This document shows, piece by piece, positions 19,609 through 28,961 of a DNA stretch of 64,000 nt. This stretch comes from an uncultured archaeon (GTDB taxonomy: Archaea; Asgardarchaeota; Lokiarchaeia; Sigyniarchaeales; SOKP01), in NCBI GenBank assembly GCA_964632315.1, contig CAZWEM010000015.1, positions 20,521-84,520 on the forward strand, written 5' to 3'. The position numbers and the translations under genes are program-made. The stretch's first letter is position 1. Each line of letters starts with the position of its first letter. The notes beneath the pieces were generated by a model. That model was not told the DNA's origin. It did not search any database and saw nothing but the letters and a program-made list of their open reading frames with translations.

Positions 19609-20364
19609 ATGAGTATGAAATTAAAAGGAAAGATTGCTATTATAACTGGCTCAGGAGCTGGAATCGGGAGATCAACCGCTCTACTTTTCGCACAAGAAGG
19701 AGCAAAAGTATGCTGTAATTCGATATCAAATTCAGCTCAAGCTGTTGCAAATGAAATTAAATCTTCTGGTGGAGAGGCGATTTTTGTTCAAGCAGACGTT
19801 TCAAAAGAGCAAGACGCAATGCGATTGGTTGAAGAAACGATTAAAAATTTTGGTAAAATTGATATTCTATTTAATAATGCCGGAATCGTAATAGGTGGAA
19901 GAATAGATAATACGTCTGTTCAAGATTGGGATAAAACAATGGCCGTAAATGTACGAGGAATATATCTTGTGTCAAAATTTGCGATTAAATACCTTAAAGA
20001 GACGAAAGGAACTATCGTTAACAATTCATCTTCAGTCGCATTTAAAGGAGTTGAAAATCGAGTTGCGTATACAGCATCAAAAGGAGCAGTTTTATCAATG
20101 ACTAGAGCAATGGCAGTGGATTGTCTTAGGGATAAGATACGAGTAAATGCGATTTGTCCCGGAACTACAGAATCTCCAAGCTTAGAAAAGAGAATACGAT
20201 CGAAAGGTGGAAATTATCATGAAGTTAGAGAGGAGTATATTGGCAGACAAAGAATGAGAAGATTAGGAAAACCAGAAGAAATTGCAGAAGGCGTACTTTT
20301 TCTGGTTCTTAATGAATTTTGCACTGGAGTGAGTCTCTTAGTAGATGGTGGAATGTGCATGTAA
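19609..20364 (+). CDS. Short-chain dehydrogenase/reductase
   Basis: TGSGAGIG, NNAG, YTASK, ICPG. Confidence 0.93.
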   Translation: MSMKLKGKIAIITGSGAGIGRSTALLFAQEGAKVCCNSISNSAQAVANEIKSSGGEAIFVQADVSKEQDAMRLVEETIKNFGKIDILFNNAGIVIGGRIDNTSVQDWDKTMAVNVRGIYLVSKFAIKYLKETKGTIVNNSSSVAFKGVENRVAYTASKGAVLSMTRAMAVDCLRDKIRVNAICPGTTESPSLEKRIRSKGGNYHEVREEYIGRQRMRRLGKPEEIAEGVLFLVLNEFCTGVSLLVDGGMCM

Positions 20365-20372
20365 TTCTATGC

Positions 20373-21161
20373 TTATCTTGTTGTCCATCCCCCATCGAGT
20401 CTTAAATCTGCTCCTGTCATGTATGACGATTCATCCGATGCCAAAAATAAGATCCCATTAGCTATTTCTTCAGGTGTCGCCCAACGGCCCATAACACCCT
20501 CTTCTTCGAATTCCTTTTTTACTTCTTCATATGAGATATTCCTGTCCTTAGCTTGTTTAGCTACATCACTTTGTAGCATTGGAGTATCTGTGGCTCCAGG
20601 ACTCACGCTATTAACCCTTACATTATATGGAGCTAAATCTAAAGCTAGAGCTCTCGTATATCCTAATACGCCTGCCTTAGTAGAACAATAATTTGCATGT
20701 GCAACTTGACCAATGTGCGCCGCTACAGATGCTAGAGTTATAATTGAACCAAATTGTTGTTTTTTAAAGTATGGAACAGCAAATTTGCAGGTATGATGAG
20801 TACCTTTTAGATTTACGTCAATTAACAAGTCGTAATCTTCGTTTGAAAAATTCTCAACGGGACCAACACGTACCACACCAGCATTTACAACTAGAATGTC
20901 TATCTTTTTATGAAATTCAATGGTTTTTTCAATCATATTCTGGACTTCATTAGGATTCCTTACATCAACTACCATCATAGTTGTTTTGTTTATTGCCTCA
21001 CCAAGGCTATTAAAAGTTTCTTTTAATCCTTTTTCGTCGATATCTGAAATTATCTGAATTGCTCCTTCTTTAGCAAATAATTGAGCTGTTGCCCTTCCTA
21101 TACCTGAAGCAGCACCAGTTAGAACAATAATTTTATCTTTAAATCTTAAATTCATCATCAA
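20373..21161 (-). CDS. Short-chain dehydrogenase/reductase
   Basis: TGAASGIG, VNAG, YCSTK, VSPG, DGGWT. Confidence 0.93.
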   Translation of the reverse strand: MMMNLRFKDKIIVLTGAASGIGRATAQLFAKEGAIQIISDIDEKGLKETFNSLGEAINKTTMMVVDVRNPNEVQNMIEKTIEFHKKIDILVVNAGVVRVGPVENFSNEDYDLLIDVNLKGTHHTCKFAVPYFKKQQFGSIITLASVAAHIGQVAHANYCSTKAGVLGYTRALALDLAPYNVRVNSVSPGATDTPMLQSDVAKQAKDRNISYEEVKKEFEEEGVMGRWATPEEIANGILFLASDESSYMTGADLRLDGGWTTR

Positions 21162-22307
21162 TCACTTTATTACGATATTTTTATCCAATTTTGAGAGTGC
21201 TTTACAACCTGATTCAGTCACGTGATAACAATCTTCAACTCCAACCAAGCCCTGTCCGCGCACGTTCAACCATACTTCAAGATCAAGTACCATATTTTCC
21301 TCAAATGGGATATTCATCGCACTAGTTGGACCAAATAAGTGTGTTTCTTCACACTCTAATCCAATACTATGAGCTGTAATTAAGTAAAAACCCTTTTTGG
21401 TTAGAGATTTTAAATAACTTTTCGCTTCTTCACGGAATTCAGAGGCATTTACTCCAGGCTTAATATTATCTGCGCAATATTCTTGAACTTGAATCATATA
21501 ATCCATAGCTTCTTTAGCCTTTAATGGGATTTCCCCAATTATAGCACCTCGACTCACATCTGAGATATATCCTTCCCAAACAGCTCCAAAATCAAATCTA
21601 ACAATATCATTCGGTGTGACTGGAATACCACGACCAGGAGCCTCAGGATCGGAAGGCCCTATATTCATGGTGAGGTGATCCCAACCCCAAGCACCTTCAT
21701 CGATAATTGCTTTTCGTGCTATTTGTAAAAGTTCGGTATCGGGCATATCGAGTCTTAGGCTTTGAATGCAGGTTGAAATTGCTTTTTCAGCTACTTCAGT
21801 TGATTTTTTGATTCTCTTTATTTCTTCCTCAGTCTTAATTAAACGCATCTCAATAAAGGTTTTATCTCCATCTACAAATTTTGCTTTTGGAAAGGCCTTT
21901 TTTAAGGCTTCTGATTGATATCTTGGCATGTAAGATTCCAATCCAATGGTTTTTCCACTTGGTTCCCAATCTTCAACCTTTTTTAAGAGTACTTTTACAG
22001 CAGCATCAAGGGATCCAATCCGAAAGACCTCATTTTGAGGGATCCAAGAAAATTCTTCAACACTGTCGTATAATGACCAAATTATTGCACTCTCTTCACC
22101 ATCTCTTCTAATAAGAGAAAGGTAAGGATATTGATTGGATAAAACATATAAAATTGGATTAGGAGCGACATGCGTCACTGGCAATCCCGTAGTGTAAAAA
22201 ACATTTACTGGAGTTGATGCAATTAAAAGATCGATATCATTTTTTTCGAGTACCTCTTTTGCTCGGTCCTTATTATACCCAATAGGTTCTGCCATCTTCT
22301 TTTTCAC
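21162..22307 (-). CDS. M24 family (Xaa-Pro peptidase/creatinase-like) hydrolase
   Basis: RLIKTEEEI, DFG..GYISD, HSIGLE, LE, VED metal-ligand motifs; creatinase-like N-domain. Confidence 0.88.
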   Translation of the reverse strand: MKKKMAEPIGYNKDRAKEVLEKNDIDLLIASTPVNVFYTTGLPVTHVAPNPILYVLSNQYPYLSLIRRDGEESAIIWSLYDSVEEFSWIPQNEVFRIGSLDAAVKVLLKKVEDWEPSGKTIGLESYMPRYQSEALKKAFPKAKFVDGDKTFIEMRLIKTEEEIKRIKKSTEVAEKAISTCIQSLRLDMPDTELLQIARKAIIDEGAWGWDHLTMNIGPSDPEAPGRGIPVTPNDIVRFDFGAVWEGYISDVSRGAIIGEIPLKAKEAMDYMIQVQEYCADNIKPGVNASEFREEAKSYLKSLTKKGFYLITAHSIGLECEETHLFGPTSAMNIPFEENMVLDLEVWLNVRGQGLVGVEDCYHVTESGCKALSKLDKNIVIK

Positions 22308-22411
22308 TAAACTCTTTTTATTTTTTAAAATGTTAGCTTCGTTTTAAATTCTGATTATTAGACATAATAAGTAGAAATAAGCTATATAAATCATATCTCA
22401 ATTACTTTATT

Positions 22412-23536
22412 ATGAAATTTGTGAAATATGGAATTATTGGAAGTGGTGGAGCGTGGGCATTTCATAGTGCTGGATGTAAGAATAATCCAAAAATTAAGTT
22501 CAATTCTGTATTTGACATTAATGAAAAAGCTGCTAAACGTGCCGCAAGAATTAACAAAATGCAGTATTTTACAGATCTCAATTCCTTCTTGAAAAGTGAT
22601 ATCGATGCCGTTATTGTAATGGTGCCTCATTTTTTGCATGAAGAAATGGTCATAGCAGCAGCAGAAGCAGGAAAACATGTTTTGTGTGAAAAACCCATGG
22701 CTACTACCCTTGAAGGATGCGATGCAATGATCGATGCTACTAAGAAGGCAGGGGTTAAATTTATGATTGCTGAAAACCATAGATTTTTACCAGCTCACAA
22801 ATATATAAAGGAAGCTGTGCAATCTGGACTCATAGGAAATGTTTTTTTACTAAGATCATACGAAGGGGTAAATGAAATACCTGGATTGATGAGAGAGGGA
22901 TTTTGGAAAGGAGACCCAATTAAAGCTGGTGGTGGTGCGTTAATGGATATGGGTGCCCACAAATTTGCTACAATGAATTGGATTTTAAATGATGAGCTAG
23001 AATTTGCGTATGCTTGGCTAACAAAACAATGCACGAGTTTAAAAGAAAAAGCGGAAGATAATGCTATGGTCCATCTCCAGTACAAAAATGGGGCGATTGC
23101 AGAAACTATAGTTAGTTTTTCAGTTATTTCTCCTCCCACAAATGCACTTGAACTTTATGGCACATTAGGATCTATTATTGAAAATCATGAGTGGAATAAT
23201 CCGGTTAAAATTTATTCAAAAGATGGTAGATTGGGAGAAAATTCTGGTAAGTGGTATGAGCCAAAAATAGAACACGGGCCATTTCCTACATATTATGAAA
23301 TTTCAGCAAGAATAGAAGATAACCACTTTACTGAATGTATAATTAATGATACAGAACCAGATTTTACTCCAGAACAATCTAAAAAAGCAATAGAAGCAAT
23401 TTTACTTTCGTATTTATCAGCAAGAAAAGATTCTAAAGCATATATTGACGAACTCTATGAAATATATAAAAATAAAGGTACTAGAAGCATTATTGAAGGT
23501 TTAGAAAACCATGTTAAAGTAAATAAATGCGTATAA
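22412..23536 (+). CDS. Gfo/Idh/MocA family oxidoreductase
   Basis: GIIGSG, GKHVLCEKP, GGGALMDMGAH. Confidence 0.92.
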   Translation: MKFVKYGIIGSGGAWAFHSAGCKNNPKIKFNSVFDINEKAAKRAARINKMQYFTDLNSFLKSDIDAVIVMVPHFLHEEMVIAAAEAGKHVLCEKPMATTLEGCDAMIDATKKAGVKFMIAENHRFLPAHKYIKEAVQSGLIGNVFLLRSYEGVNEIPGLMREGFWKGDPIKAGGGALMDMGAHKFATMNWILNDELEFAYAWLTKQCTSLKEKAEDNAMVHLQYKNGAIAETIVSFSVISPPTNALELYGTLGSIIENHEWNNPVKIYSKDGRLGENSGKWYEPKIEHGPFPTYYEISARIEDNHFTECIINDTEPDFTPEQSKKAIEAILLSYLSARKDSKAYIDELYEIYKNKGTRSIIEGLENHVKVNKCV

Positions 23537-23715
23537 TGTGTCTTACTCTTACAAAAATATCCTATATTTCTAAGAGAAAAAAAATAAAAATCAACTCTCC
23601 TCACTTTCACTTAAATATAGTTTTTAAGGATAATAGAAAACCAGCCCCGAGTTTTTTTTTAAATAATTTACTTGTCTTTCATTCTATAAATCGAATTTCA
23701 TCGAAGTGAACACAT

Positions 23716-24045
23716 ATTTCTAAAGGATTTGTAAAGAACGAGATTTATACTGGTATCGTTGAAAAAGAAAAATCACTTGAAAATGTAGTTCAATTAGAAA
23801 ATGGTGAAATTCGATTAAAATTTAATTCTTCAGAATCAACTATAAGTGAAAACTCAGTAGTTAAAAAATGTGATGAAATTAAGAAAGATTACATGCTAAT
23901 GATCAATGATGTTCACGAATTGCTTCAAAATTATGAGAAATTATCTAATGAAGAGAAATTGGAATATTGTAACAGTGAACGATACCTTATGAAGATGTAC
24001 TTAAGGCATGCCTTAATTAAAATTAATAAATGCTTTCCAGAATGA
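23716..24045 (+). CDS. Hypothetical 109-aa protein absent from ORF track; probable ATT start (xSKGFVKNEIYTGIVEKEKSLE...ALIKINKCFPE)
   Basis: 110-codon stop-free frame filling an otherwise empty gap; in-frame TGA three codons upstream inside AAGTGA SD-like motif; first ATG is codon 60. Confidence 0.7.
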   Translation: MSKGFVKNEIYTGIVEKEKSLENVVQLENGEIRLKFNSSESTISENSVVKKCDEIKKDYMLMINDVHELLQNYEKLSNEEKLEYCNSERYLMKMYLRHALIKINKCFPE

Positions 24046-24052
24046 GAAATAA

Positions 24053-24616
24053 TTAGCTTTTTATATAAAAAAATACGGCTACATTTTCAATCTTCAACTT
24101 ATAAGCATAATTAAGCATTTTATCCATATTTGATAAGCGATACTTATATGAAATAACTACCGATCCCTTTTTTGCAGTTCTAAAGACATGCCCTAAAAAT
24201 TTTTGCATAGATGGTAAGGAAAAGATGTAGATAAAATCAAAAGTTTCAAGAGTTTGCTGAAAAAGATCTCCATGCACTATTTTAATACACCGTCGTTGCC
24301 TCCAATTTAAGCCTTTAATAAAATCCCTTGCTTCTTTAATTAAATTAGTATTAATTTCTATTCCAGTTGATTTAATACTATAATTAATTCCTGAATAGAT
24401 AACTACACTTCCATTTCCCGAACCTAGATCAATAAAAGATTGTTTAGATTTTCGTTTTAAATGGAATTTAGATTCCAGTGCATTAAAAATTCCTTCTAAC
24501 ACTCCCTCGTGAGAAGACAAATAAGGAAGTGCAAGTTGAGATTGAATTTCACTATAATTATGCTTATACATTGTGATTATTAATGATTCTTGAAAATAAA
24601 AAATTGATTGATACAT
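24053..24616 (-). CDS. Class I SAM-dependent methyltransferase
   Basis: PYLSS, FIDLGSGNG, GIEIN, GDLF. Confidence 0.85.
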   Translation of the reverse strand: MYQSIFYFQESLIITMYKHNYSEIQSQLALPYLSSHEGVLEGIFNALESKFHLKRKSKQSFIDLGSGNGSVVIYSGINYSIKSTGIEINTNLIKEARDFIKGLNWRQRRCIKIVHGDLFQQTLETFDFIYIFSLPSMQKFLGHVFRTAKKGSVVISYKYRLSNMDKMLNYAYKLKIENVAVFFYIKS

Positions 24617-24752
24617 TTGTGTGGAAAAAAATTTTTACTTTCCTATGATTGCAAATTTTAATCGTTACAAATCGTATCAGTATGATTTGATTAAAAAGCC
24701 ACTTTTTGTTTAATATATTAATTTAATCGAAGCTCAGCGATATGCTAAACAA

Positions 24753-25748
24753 ATGGCCAAGTTATTAATTACTGGTGGGACGGGTTTTATTGGAATCTCT
24801 TTAGTTAAAAAATTGCACGAATTGGGATACGAGTTAAAATTATTAGTGAGGGAGTCAAGTGATCTTTCTCCTTTTGAAAATTTAATGAATATTAAATATG
24901 CTTATGGAGATGTGCAAGATATCGAAAGTATAAGATCAGCTGTTCACGATGTTAATGCAATTTATCATCTTGCTGCTTATACTGGAATTGCGGCAAAAAA
25001 TAAAGATATTTATCATAATGTTAATGTCTTGGGTACTGAAAATATCGCAACAATAGCAATTGAAAATGATCTCCCAATGTTTTATATTAGCTCCTTTACG
25101 GCAATAGGACCGACTACGGAATCCCCCGTCAATGAAACTTATGAAAAAGAACAATTTTGTATGGAATATGAAAAATCAAAATACCAAGCTAAAAAATTGA
25201 TAAAAAATTTAATACCAAAAGGTCTTAAAGTAATCATTTTTTATCCCGGTATAGTTTTTGGTCCAGGAGATTTTAATATTTTTGGAAAAATGCTTTACGA
25301 TATAGTACGAGGAAAAATTCTTCCGCTAGGAATGTGCCCTGGTAAAGGAGATTCAATTGCTTGTTTATCTTATGTCTATGATTTATCAATGGCAATGAGT
25401 AGTGTATTAGGAAGAGAAGATCTCTATGGGGAGGATTTTATTCTTGGAGGAGAGAATGTGAAATTTGGTGAATATTTAGATTTTATAGCTGAAATAGCAA
25501 GGGGAAAGAAAGCTAAAAGAGTGCCTTACTGGCTTGCGTATGTTTATGCGTGGTTATTAGAGATGACTGCTAAAATTTCTCGAAAAGTACCAGTTTTAAC
25601 TCGCTCTACACTTAAAGCTATCAAATATCATCGATCTTATTCGTCTGAGAAAGCTATCAAAATGATAGACTACAAAATTACTCCGCTAAGAGAGGCCTTA
25701 GAAAAAACGATTGAATGGTATAAAAATTATGAAAAGAATGTGGATTAA
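24753..25748 (+). CDS. NAD-dependent epimerase/dehydratase (extended SDR, dihydroflavonol reductase/3beta-HSD-like)
   Basis: TGGTGFIG, HLAA, YEKSK, VFGPGD. Confidence 0.9.
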   Translation: MAKLLITGGTGFIGISLVKKLHELGYELKLLVRESSDLSPFENLMNIKYAYGDVQDIESIRSAVHDVNAIYHLAAYTGIAAKNKDIYHNVNVLGTENIATIAIENDLPMFYISSFTAIGPTTESPVNETYEKEQFCMEYEKSKYQAKKLIKNLIPKGLKVIIFYPGIVFGPGDFNIFGKMLYDIVRGKILPLGMCPGKGDSIACLSYVYDLSMAMSSVLGREDLYGEDFILGGENVKFGEYLDFIAEIARGKKAKRVPYWLAYVYAWLLEMTAKISRKVPVLTRSTLKAIKYHRSYSSEKAIKMIDYKITPLREALEKTIEWYKNYEKNVD

Positions 25749-25750
25749 GT

Positions 25751-26230
25751 ATGCTAGACGAAGAATTATCAAGTAAAGTTATTAATCAAGAGCATTATGC
25801 GACTGAAATTGCCCAGCAATATACAAAGTTTTTATCTCAATATCCTGAGATTTTTTCAGATCTAGATGAGGGTTCAGTTTTTGATTTTGCGCTTTATGAA
25901 ACCCTAGAATCCTATGATAAAGGATCTAATATGGATGTTTTTCACGTCCTTAGAAGCCAAAATGGTATCGAAATAAAAGCAGGAAATGCTAAAGGTGCGG
26001 ATTTAGAATTATCACTCTCTGTCAGAGCTGTTGAAAAATTGATAAAAACTCAAAATAAAGAAGAATATGCTCAATTATTAGGTTCTTTCTATAATGATCC
26101 AGAGGAAGAGAATGGTTGGATTGATTTTACTCTACATAAAAGAACTCAAGTTTTAATTGATATGGGTTATGGAAGGTTTGCTCAAACTGCTGGGATCCTC
26201 GAGGATGATGACAAGATTTATAGGATTTAA
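25751..26230 (+). CDS. Hypothetical protein, SCP2-like, paralog of 27768..28169
   Basis: ADLELSLSVRAVEKLI..EEY...L..MGY pattern shared with 27768..28169. Confidence 0.55.
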   Translation: MLDEELSSKVINQEHYATEIAQQYTKFLSQYPEIFSDLDEGSVFDFALYETLESYDKGSNMDVFHVLRSQNGIEIKAGNAKGADLELSLSVRAVEKLIKTQNKEEYAQLLGSFYNDPEEENGWIDFTLHKRTQVLIDMGYGRFAQTAGILEDDDKIYRI

Positions 26231-26259
26231 TATATCTAATTTTATATTTAGTGAGTCTT

Positions 26260-27753
26260 ATGTCAAAACCAAATGAATTACAAATTAAAAATAAGTATAA
26301 TGGGGAACTAGTTGATACAGTTCCCGCAGATACTCCTGAAACTTTAAGAGATAAGATTAAAATAGCTCATAAAAATCAAGAAATCTTAAAAAAAATGGAT
26401 TTTTTTGAAAGAGCTCAAATACTTTCTAAATTTGCAGCTAAATTGAGATTTAAAAAAAAGGAATTGAAGGATCTTATAGTTGCTGAAGGAGGATTACCTA
26501 TCAAGTATTCTGAGTGGGAATTAGCTATAGTATCAACGGGTTTTAAATTTTGCGATTGGTATTATCAATTCATCAAAGAAAAACCCTTGACGAGTATTGA
26601 AGGTGAGCAATTAGTAAATTTAAAATATATCCCCCATGGTCTATCTGCATGTATTTCTCCAAGAAATACACCTATAAGCTTGCCTCTTTATCAACTCGGT
26701 GCCAATTATTTAGTAGGTAATGGTGCTATCGTGAAGCCTTCAACAGCATGTCCATTAACAATGCGATATGCATATAAGATGATGGAAGATATGGAGTTTC
26801 CTGGCCTTGAAGCATTAAATCTTATTATAGCACCAGGAGAATGGGCAGTTGATGAGTTCTTAAAATCCCACCTAATTAAAATAATTATGACGATTACTTC
26901 ATCCCATACTGCCAAAGATATCCTAGTTCGTTATGGCAAAATCCTCAAAAAGACTGTTGACAAGTCAATGGGTGTATCCATGTATACCCAACCATTCAAA
27001 CAATTTTTCTTTGAATGTGCTGGAAATGATGCTGGTATCGTTATGGATGATGTAAATCTTGAACAAGTCGCAAAATGGAATGCAATGGCGAGTTATACAA
27101 ATTCTGGACAGCAATGTTTTTCTATGAAAAGGATTATTGTACACCGTGATATTTATGACGATTATATTGAACTCCTAATTAAGGAGATTGATAAGCTTAA
27201 ATACGGAGATCCCACAGATCCGACAGTCGATATCGGACCATTAGGAAGCCGGAAAATCCTCATGATGATGGAAGTAATGGTAAACGATGCAAAGAAATAT
27301 GGAGTTAAAATTTATACCGGCGGAGAGAAGATTGACACGGGGCAAGATTATGGATTGTTTTATGAACCAACATTAGTGGAGATTAGACCCGAACTATGCG
27401 AAGATTTAGGTAAGGCTCCCTTTCTTTGGAGAGAAGAAGCTTTCGGTCCAGTGCGCTCGATTACAAAAGCAAATGATCTCAATGACGCGATTCGACTTGC
27501 CAATGCAAGTAACTATGGGATGAGAGCAGTGGCATATACATCTAATCAAGAGAATATCGAAAGGTTTAAGAATGAATTGGAGGCTGCGAATATTTACATC
27601 AATGCTAGGCCTATGCTTACAGATATAACAGTTGCACTTGGAGGAATAAAAGATTCAGCTTATCCAGCGGGCTGTAAATATTATCCACAGGAATTGGTTT
27701 ATCAAAAATACATATATGACGGAACTTCTTTAAATTTTGATAAAATAAAATAA
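26260..27753 (+). CDS. Aldehyde dehydrogenase family protein (divergent)
   Basis: PRNTP, VKPS, ECAGND (Glu), SGQQC (Cys), EEAFGPV, AN.SNYGM; ATG 26260 or GTG 26251. Confidence 0.9.
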   Translation: MSKPNELQIKNKYNGELVDTVPADTPETLRDKIKIAHKNQEILKKMDFFERAQILSKFAAKLRFKKKELKDLIVAEGGLPIKYSEWELAIVSTGFKFCDWYYQFIKEKPLTSIEGEQLVNLKYIPHGLSACISPRNTPISLPLYQLGANYLVGNGAIVKPSTACPLTMRYAYKMMEDMEFPGLEALNLIIAPGEWAVDEFLKSHLIKIIMTITSSHTAKDILVRYGKILKKTVDKSMGVSMYTQPFKQFFFECAGNDAGIVMDDVNLEQVAKWNAMASYTNSGQQCFSMKRIIVHRDIYDDYIELLIKEIDKLKYGDPTDPTVDIGPLGSRKILMMMEVMVNDAKKYGVKIYTGGEKIDTGQDYGLFYEPTLVEIRPELCEDLGKAPFLWREEAFGPVRSITKANDLNDAIRLANASNYGMRAVAYTSNQENIERFKNELEAANIYINARPMLTDITVALGGIKDSAYPAGCKYYPQELVYQKYIYDGTSLNFDKIK

Positions 27754-27767
27754 TTTTTTTTCTCATT

Positions 27768-28169
27768 ATGCCTTCTGACGTTTTTTCTAAGATTAAAGAA
27801 TATTTCGATGGAAATTATGACTTAATGAGGTATCTTGATATAAATGCTTGTTGGGAATATTTCATAACAGAAAATAATCTGAATGAACAAGCAAAATATC
27901 ATTTTTTTCTAATTAAAACGGCTGAATCCGGTTTAATATTTACCAAAATAGTCCCAGAATTAAAGCCTGATTTAACATTATATTTCACAGAAAAGGCACT
28001 ATTAACTTTAATTGAAGATGCCCCTTCGACAGAAGAATATTATAAGCGGTATCGATATTTGATGAACAATCCTCAGCAAGGAATACTATTGGATAGTAAA
28101 ATCAACAAGCCGAGATTAAAACTTTTAAAAATAGGATATAGATCTTGGCAAAAAGAGTTTAGGTTTTGA
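27768..28169 (+). CDS. Hypothetical protein, SCP2-like, paralog of 25751..26230
   Basis: PDLTLYFTEKALLTLIE..EEY...LLKIGY. Confidence 0.55.
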   Translation: MPSDVFSKIKEYFDGNYDLMRYLDINACWEYFITENNLNEQAKYHFFLIKTAESGLIFTKIVPELKPDLTLYFTEKALLTLIEDAPSTEEYYKRYRYLMNNPQQGILLDSKINKPRLKLLKIGYRSWQKEFRF

Positions 28170-28848
28170 TTTTGGATATCAATTTTTTCCGTTTAATAAA
28201 AATGATTAATCCAATTATCATTAAACTCATGTAACCTAGATAACTAAATCCAAAAGGAATGAATTGAAATGTAGCTTCTAATTTTGCTATAACGAGATTT
28301 GACTGATCAAGATATGTTTCCGATATTAAAACTCCATCTAGATTATAGGTTTTTTCTACTTTGAATTCAATACCAAGATCACTAATATCTTGTTTACCAA
28401 TCATGTTATCAGCCAGGCTATAATATTGGGTAGGCAAGGTCTCAAGTGCTTCTTCCACATAACTGTTTACCGGGGTAGGTATAAAGATATAATCATCGTA
28501 CTGAGAAGGATATCTAAGAATACTAAGATATTCTACAGATCCTTCTGCTATCCAATTCGATCCATAATCCCAAAATTCAGTCGCTATTGACCATCTTAGC
28601 CCTTCCACATCTTCTACATCACGGATTACCATTCTAACTTGAGATCCAACTTGAAAGTTTGGTTCTATTCCGAAAGTGGCTTCAAACTTATCAATGTTCA
28701 ATTGTTTAATTTCCCATACGAAGTCGTCGCTCTCTTTTATTCCTATTTGATAAGTAACTTGAGCATTGGCACTAACACTTAAAATGATGCATATCAATAC
28801 AACATTAAGTAATGCCAATGACACTAATTTTTTTCTTATTTTATTCAA
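28159..28848 (-). CDS. Secreted surface protein with signal peptide and C-terminal IPxG-TM-basic anchor
   Basis: Basic N-terminus plus hydrophobic stretch ending ANA; C-terminal FIPFG, TM, KRKK. Confidence 0.7.
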   Translation of the reverse strand: MNKIRKKLVSLALLNVVLICIILSVSANAQVTYQIGIKESDDFVWEIKQLNIDKFEATFGIEPNFQVGSQVRMVIRDVEDVEGLRWSIATEFWDYGSNWIAEGSVEYLSILRYPSQYDDYIFIPTPVNSYVEEALETLPTQYYSLADNMIGKQDISDLGIEFKVEKTYNLDGVLISETYLDQSNLVIAKLEATFQFIPFGFSYLGYMSLMIIGLIIFIKRKKLISKIKT

Positions 28849-28961
28849 ATCTCATCAAGATATATTATTTGAATAACTCTTATAATCTAGTGATAAATAA
28901 ATATTTTATTTCACTTAATAGTTGGATTTATCATATTAAGACTTTTCAAAATATTTTGTTC

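Noticed and set aside
23527-23709. 60-aa ORF after the Gfo/Idh/MocA gene
   Set aside because: Low-complexity intergenic sequence containing T-tracts; likely promoter region of the 23716 gene
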